NCBI RefSeq assembly: GCF_001194135.2
Contig: NC_068983.1
Location: forward strand, 24,138,443 to 24,202,442
Length of the DNA: 64,000 bases
Direction: 5' to 3'
Source of the DNA: Octopus bimaculoides
Taxonomy: Eukaryota
Below the pieces are notes generated by a model. The model did not search any database. It was given only the letters and a program-made list of their open reading frames with translations, and was not told the origin of the DNA. Position numbers and translations under genes: made by a program. Each line of letters starts with the position of its first letter. Positions within the stretch are counted from its first letter, which is position 1. This document shows positions 57,866-64,000 of the stretch, piece by piece.

Positions 57866-60800
57866 TATTTTTATAGTTTGGTAAATATNNNNNNNNNNNN
57901 NNNNNNNNNNNNNNNNNNNNNNNNNNNNNNNNNNNNNNNNNNNNNNNNNNNNNNNNNNNNNNNNNNNNNNNNNNNNNNNNNNNNNNNNNNNNNNNNNNNN
58001 NNNNNNNNNNNNNNNNNNNNNNNNNNNNNNNNNNNNNNNNNNNNNNNNNNNNNNNNNNNNNNNNNNNNNNNNNNNNNNNNNNNNNNNNNNNNNNNNNNNN
58101 NNNNNNNNNNNNNNNNNNNNNNNNNNNNNNNNNNNNNNNNNNNNNNNNNNNNNNNNNNNNNNNNNNNNNNNNNNNNNNNNNNNNNNNNNNNNNNNNNNNN
58201 NNNNNNNNNNNNNNNNNNNNNNNNNNNNNNNNNNNNNNNNNNNNNNNNNNNNNNNNNNNNNNNNNNNNNNNNNNNNNNNNNNNNNNNNNNNNNNNNNNNN
58301 NNNNNNNNNNNNNNNNNNNNNNNNNNNNATATAAATATATATATATAAATATATATATATAAATATATATGTATATATATGCGTGTATATATGTATATAT
58401 ATTCATATACATATACACACACACATATGTACATGTATATATATGCATATATATCATATGATGATGGCTTAGCATATATATATGTATGTATGTATGTGTG
58501 TGTATATGTATATATATGCTAAGCCATCATCATATGATGGCTTAGCTGACTGAAGCTTTGAAGACACTTCAACAACATTCTTGAATAAGAATAATAAATT
58601 TGTACTCTACAAAATTAAAACTTGTTCTATTCGAGGTAAGCAAAACAAATCAAACAGGACAGTGACAATGAGCAGCAGTATTGGCAAGATTGAAACCATG
58701 TCTAATATAACCAGAGATCTTCCCTTATCAGCTGCTAATCTCACACACACACACACACACACACACATGCATATGTATTTACTTATGTATATATATATAT
58801 ATATGTATGTGTGCGTATGTATATATACACATATCTATATCTATCTATACATATATATATAGGTATGTATGTATATATATAGCTATATATTTATATATGT
58901 ATGCATGTGTGTGTGTATATATACACACACACACATATATATATACTTATGTATGTGTGTGTGTGTATATATATAAATATATATATGTATATATATGTAT
59001 AGATGTATAAATATAGATGTTTATGTATCTATGTATATGTGTGTGCACGTGTGTGTGTGTGTGTGTGTGTTTCTGTGTGTGCACGCGCATGTGTGTGTAT
59101 GTATGTATGTATGATCGCTATGTCTTTCCTGAAACAACCTGTCTATGCTAAATATCTTGTTCAAGAAGATAACAAAACACCAGCAGTAGAGATTCTGTGC
59201 CTAACTCAGTTTATTACACTAAATCACATGCCAGCACATAATCCACTCGGCTATAATGGGTTCAAGAAAAAGCCAAAATTATATTTACCAATGTTCAGTT
59301 TGTTGCATATTAGATTGCAGTTTTGTTTTCGTTTCTTTTTTGTTATGATGTGTAACCAATGTGCATAATACTGGTGAATATCTAAGAACCACAAGGATAG
59401 ATATATGAACTACATCACGAGATACTGTTCCATCACGAACAGTTATGAATTCACCTTGATGGGACTTCTATTCAATATTCTCCACTTTGATACAGTAGTA
59501 GTTTTCTCTGTCTGCACTTGGAAGTTTTATCTATTTCGTTGTGTTTTTTTTTTTTTTTCATCTATTCTACTTTAAAATCTACACGTCTATTAGGTTCACT
59601 CATTTACTTAATTGTTACTTAGCCCATGCATTTTGAGCAAGCTCTATATGACTGACCGTTTCACATAACACTTTCTTTTCTGCTGGCTATCAGCTCACTA
59701 TTCTCAGTGGCTGAGATTGTGCAGTTTTCACAGCTCCAGACCGGTTGAATGGTTGGATTATGCTTACTTAGTTAACACATTTTGTACAAGAAGAACATGA
59801 TGCAAAAGGAGCGAAAAATCAACAGAAGCACAATCACCTCTACCACCAACAACAACAAGATTAAAAGCATGGACAGGAATGACTTAACTGTTAAATTTAT
59901 CACATTTGGCTTACCTTAGCCAGTATAATAATTGTAATCAAACACAGTATTTTTAACTTTAAAGATTGTGTTTCTAACAAACCACAGTAGGTAGCAAGTC
60001 AGCCTACTTTAAACAATCTTCTGCGTGTTTAAGCTAGTAAATGAGTTGAATATGCATATGTTATACTGAAAATGAAATTTTCTTAACTTATCCAATCACT
60101 ACCGACTTGTATTAGCTGTCATTTTAAAATTAGTATACAAGTAACTTGGTTTCATAAGTTACAATAATATGACAAAAATAATGTTAAAAGAAGAACACTA
60201 AAGTGTTTGAAATGATAGAGTAGTGGATTAAACATCTTATGAGTAATTGGTTTTGACCCCCAGTTGTTTTGAGTTCAATTCTTGCCAGGGTAGACCTCAG
60301 ATGCAGGCATGACTGTGTGGTTAAGAAATTTGCTTTGCACCTGCATGGCTTCGGGTTTCAATCTCTTTGCACAACGACTTGGGTAAGTGTTTTCTACCAT
60401 GGGTATGGGTTGACCAATGTTTTGTGAAGGAAATTTGATTGATGGAAACTGTATGGAAGCCTGTTGGAGGGATTGTTTCTGTTCTTGGATGGTTGACATT
60501 ATCTGTCATTTGGTTTCAGAATAGCACCTGATCATTGGTTGCCTTCAGTGAAGTCCAAACTGTTTCAAGGCTAAGTTTCCTGTCTGAGGAAATCTTCCTT
60601 TCACTTATGTCAGAGATCCAGGAAAGGTTTTATTAATGCCCCTATTGCTCTGTTGAGGTGGGTGGTGGTGGCAAAGGCACCCAACATAATCTGTCATTCT
60701 TTTAAAGTCAATAAAATGAATTCTGGTCATGTACTAAGACGAATTCAATCTATTTGCATTGTTCCCCACCCAATAAATCTTTGAAGTTTTAACTCATGCA

Positions 60801-60871
60801 ACAAGTCAGTGCATAAACCAACAAATAGTTTGTTTGATGGTTTCCATAAACAAATGCTTGTGCTCTTGTAG

Positions 60872-60907
60872 GATTCATTGGTCCAAAATGGCTTTGACTT
60901 AACAGAG
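60872..60907 (+). CDS. Candidate 36-nt symmetric micro-exon (DSLVQNGFDLTE); unverified
   Basis: ttgtgctcttgtAG|GATTCATTGGTCCAAAATGGCTTTGACTTAACAGAG|GTacgt; only phase 0 is open. No partner exons identified. Confidence 0.2.
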
Positions 60908-61711
60908 GTACGTGATCAAAACATAGCAGTATCTTGAAATCCCTTCATACCAGTGAATCATATGTAATGAAAACATCACTTCTAAGGAGATTTTCTCCAA
61001 CTGCAAATCTGCCAGATTGTCTAAGAATGGTTTCAAATTTTAGCCCAAGACTAGCAGTGTTAGTAGGAGGGTGTTAGTCAAATACATTGGCTCCAGTGCT
61101 CAACTGATACTTATCTTATCAACCCCATAAGGATGACAAGTAAAATCAACCTTAGCAACATTTGAACTCAGAACATAAAGGATTAGAAGAAATGCTGCTG
61201 TCAGACAAGATTCTCTGCAGTATTTATTTAAGTCTCTTTATATTCTGAATTTAAATCCAGCTGAGGTCAACTTTGCATTTCATCTTTTCAAGGCTGATAA
61301 AGTAAAGTGCCAGTCAAATACTTAGGTTTACAGTATTTACTAATGTCTAATTCTTGCACCCAAATTTCAGGCCTTCTTCAAGATGCATTTCTCTATACTA
61401 TACCAGGAATCTTTAACTGCGATAAGCTTTGGTATGGTCGTCAGTTTCATGCTGCGTGTCTCTGCCTCAATTTCATGTAGTTGAGTGGTCTTTGTAATCT
61501 ATTATCAATTCAAATTATAAAAGTTATCAAATTTGTAGTTCGATAACACAAGTTTGTCTTCTGTTATAATTACATTCACATCAAGAATGTTTCATTGGAG
61601 TATAACCTTTCCTCCCTACTATTTGACTGGTGTTTTATTTATCAACCCACCCACCCGCATTAAAATGAAAGGCAAAGTTGACATCAATTAAAAAACTTTT
61701 GTTTCATATTT

Positions 61712-62030
61712 AGCATGGCTTAGTGGTTCGGATATTCAGCTCACAATCGTAAGATCATAAGTTTGGAAACCAGTGGCACAGTGTGTTCTTGAGCAAGACA
61801 CTTTATTTCATGTTGTTCCAGTTCACTCAGCTGGTAAAAATTAGTAGTACCTGTATTTCAAAGAGCTAGCCTTGTCACATTTTGTGTCACACTGACTCTC
61901 CCTGAGAACTACGTTAAGGATACATGTGTCTGCGGAGTACTCAGCCACTTGTATGTTAATTTCATGAACAAGCTGTTCCGTTGATTGGACCAACTGAAAC
62001 CCTTGTCATCATAACTGACAGAGCGCTAGT
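61712..62030 (+). mobile_element. SINE family C variant
   Basis: Homologous to 29497-29870. Confidence 0.8.
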
Positions 62031-62696
62031 ACTTCTTTCTAGCATAGATACAGGGCTTGAAATTTGAAGCAGGGAGGAGCATGGGGTGTTTAGCCAATAC
62101 CAGAGCTTAACTGATACTTTATTTTATAAAACTCCAAAAGAACGAAAGGCAAGGTTGACCTCAGCTAGATTTGAAATAAGGATCTAAAGAGCTATAACTA
62201 AATACCACAAGATATTTTGTTTACTACTCAAATGGTTAGTGTCAATTCTCCAACCCCACCTTATATTTGATAACATTGATTTCTCACATTAGTGCAAACG
62301 GAATATGTGAAGAATATAGATAAAGACTGAAAGACATTTCTGGAATTTTCTTCATTGCTGCTTGAGAGATTTTAGGAAATTTGCACCACTGGTTTTAGAA
62401 CCTAGAATGTAAACGGCTGTAATATGAATATCTCTGGCGTTTTGTCAGATACACTAACAATCCTGCCTGAACTGAGGAAGCAAGCCTATTACATTAGAAT
62501 ACCAACCTGAACTTTAGATCATGACCCACAAAACTAAACAAGCCAAGTATAATGGAAACTTGTTAGCTTTTTCTAGCCAAGTCCATCCTCTTTATATTTG
62601 AGTGTGTTTTGCAAAGCTAAAAATTGCGTGCTCTGTGGTTATTATATCAATGAGGGAGACCACTTGTTGGGTTCTCCACTTATTGTAGAGAAGGAG

Positions 62697-62863
62697 GAGG
62701 CATAGGAGTGGCTGTGTGGTAAGTAGCTTGCTTACGGACCACATGGTTCCAGGTTCAGTCCCACTGCGTGGCACCTTGGGCAAGTGTCTTCATCTATAAC
62801 CTCAGGCTGACCAAAGCCATGTGAGTGGATTTGGTAGACGGAAACTGAAAGAAGCCCGTCGTA

Positions 62864-62916
<53 letters not shown>

Positions 62917-63140
62917 GTGTGTGTATATGTTTGTGTGTCTGTGTTTGTCCCCACAACATCACTTGACAACCGATGTTGGTGTGTTTACATCCCCGTAACT
63001 TAGCGGTTCGGCAAAAGAGACTGATAGAATAAGTAGTAGGCTTACAAAGAATAAGTCCTGGGGTCGATTTGCTCGACTAAAGGCGGTGCTCCAGCATGGT
63101 CACAGTCACATGACTGAAACAAGTAAAAGAGTAAAGAGTA
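62697..63140 (+). mobile_element. SINE family B, full-length reference copy
   Basis: gaggcataggagtggctgtgtggtaagtagcttgcttacggaccacatggttccaggttcagtccc...(TA)n...gaaacaagtaaaagagtaaagag. Confidence 0.9.
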
Positions 63141-64000
63141 GAGAGTATTAGAAATAGCAGCTGTCATTCAGGCCACATCTCAGCATCATAAACAAATCAG
63201 GACACATCAAACAATTACAGGGTGGCAGTGCTTTGCATCTTACAGTGTGGGTAGGTTGCGTTGTGAGCTGACTTCTGGTGTATTTACACTATATGTCTAC
63301 AATGAGAAATTTTCTCCATGACAAAACACAATGAATAGCTTTCTTATTGGTTCAAACATGTCCCAAGCATATTTGAACTGGTCATAACCTTGCATTTATA
63401 CACATTAAATAAAGTATTCCTATTCCTAGATATCCCTTCTTTCTTCCCATCAGACTGATGAATATCCTAACAGTGTAAGGTTCATTCCCAAGTTCAAGCA
63501 TTATAAGGAATTTTCATAGAAGAATTCAAAGCTGGTTTCTTGCTACCTTTTGCCAGGTGGTTTAAAAATTTTTTTTTTTTTTTTACACGACATCATCATG
63601 TCAGCTAAAAACCAACAAGTTTACTTCACCTTCCAGGGCATCCAGAATGTAAAGAATCAGGACAAATAATGCAAAGAATTTCATTTAATGATACTTTATT
63701 AATTTATTGACCCTGGAAGGAAGTAAGGTTGACCTCAACAAGATTTGAATTTGGAATGAAAGAGCTGAAATAAATACTGTAAGGCATCTTAATGAATCTA
63801 TCTATTTACCAATTTTTGGACAGGATAACATACTAAATCAGAAAACAAGACTGAATGGTCATCAGTGTAATAACTTGGACATGTCAACGAATCTGTCAAT
63901 TTGTCAACTTTTGTCCAAGTTAATATACTAAGTCAGAAAATAAGACTGAATGGTTAGAGTTGTAATATCTTTGACATGTCAATTTGTCAGTTTTTGTCCA

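Noticed and set aside
58556-58641. Exon ending at strong donor CGAG|GTAAGC
   Set aside because: Upstream acceptor lacks a pyrimidine tract and the peptide has no recognisable similarity.

Overview
AT-rich, gappy draft-assembly eukaryotic DNA. Its repeat content ((TA)n/(CA)n/(ATT)n/(CAT)n microsatellites plus several very abundant tRNA-headed SINE families) looks like an octopus/coleoid cephalopod genome; this is inferred by recognition, not from a database search. I found no confidently supported host protein-coding gene, rRNA or true tRNA. The window reads as intronic/intergenic, densely filled with decayed transposons. Retroelements: four SINE-like families (labelled A-D here), RTE-clade LINE fragments, R4/Dong-type and CRE-like restriction-endonuclease retrotransposon fragments, and Penelope-like (GIY-YIG) 3' ends. 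DNA transposons: pogo/Tigger, mariner and Tc1/maT remnants and MITEs. Almost all ORFs in the supplied track are microsatellite or N-gap artefacts or TE fragments. The most interesting signal is at 6281-6595: a tRNA-headed short element carrying a minimal type-I hammerhead-ribozyme motif in sense, plus an inverted second copy, which looks like a Penelope-mobilised, ribozyme-bearing SINE. Other highlights are a TSD-flanked 420-bp GC-rich element with an RTE-like tail, a ~375-bp fold-back palindrome, a nested double cruciform, and Dong-type insertions sitting in (AAT)n/(ATG)n microsatellites. Protein-family calls come from manual translation and motif recognition; many boundaries are approximate.
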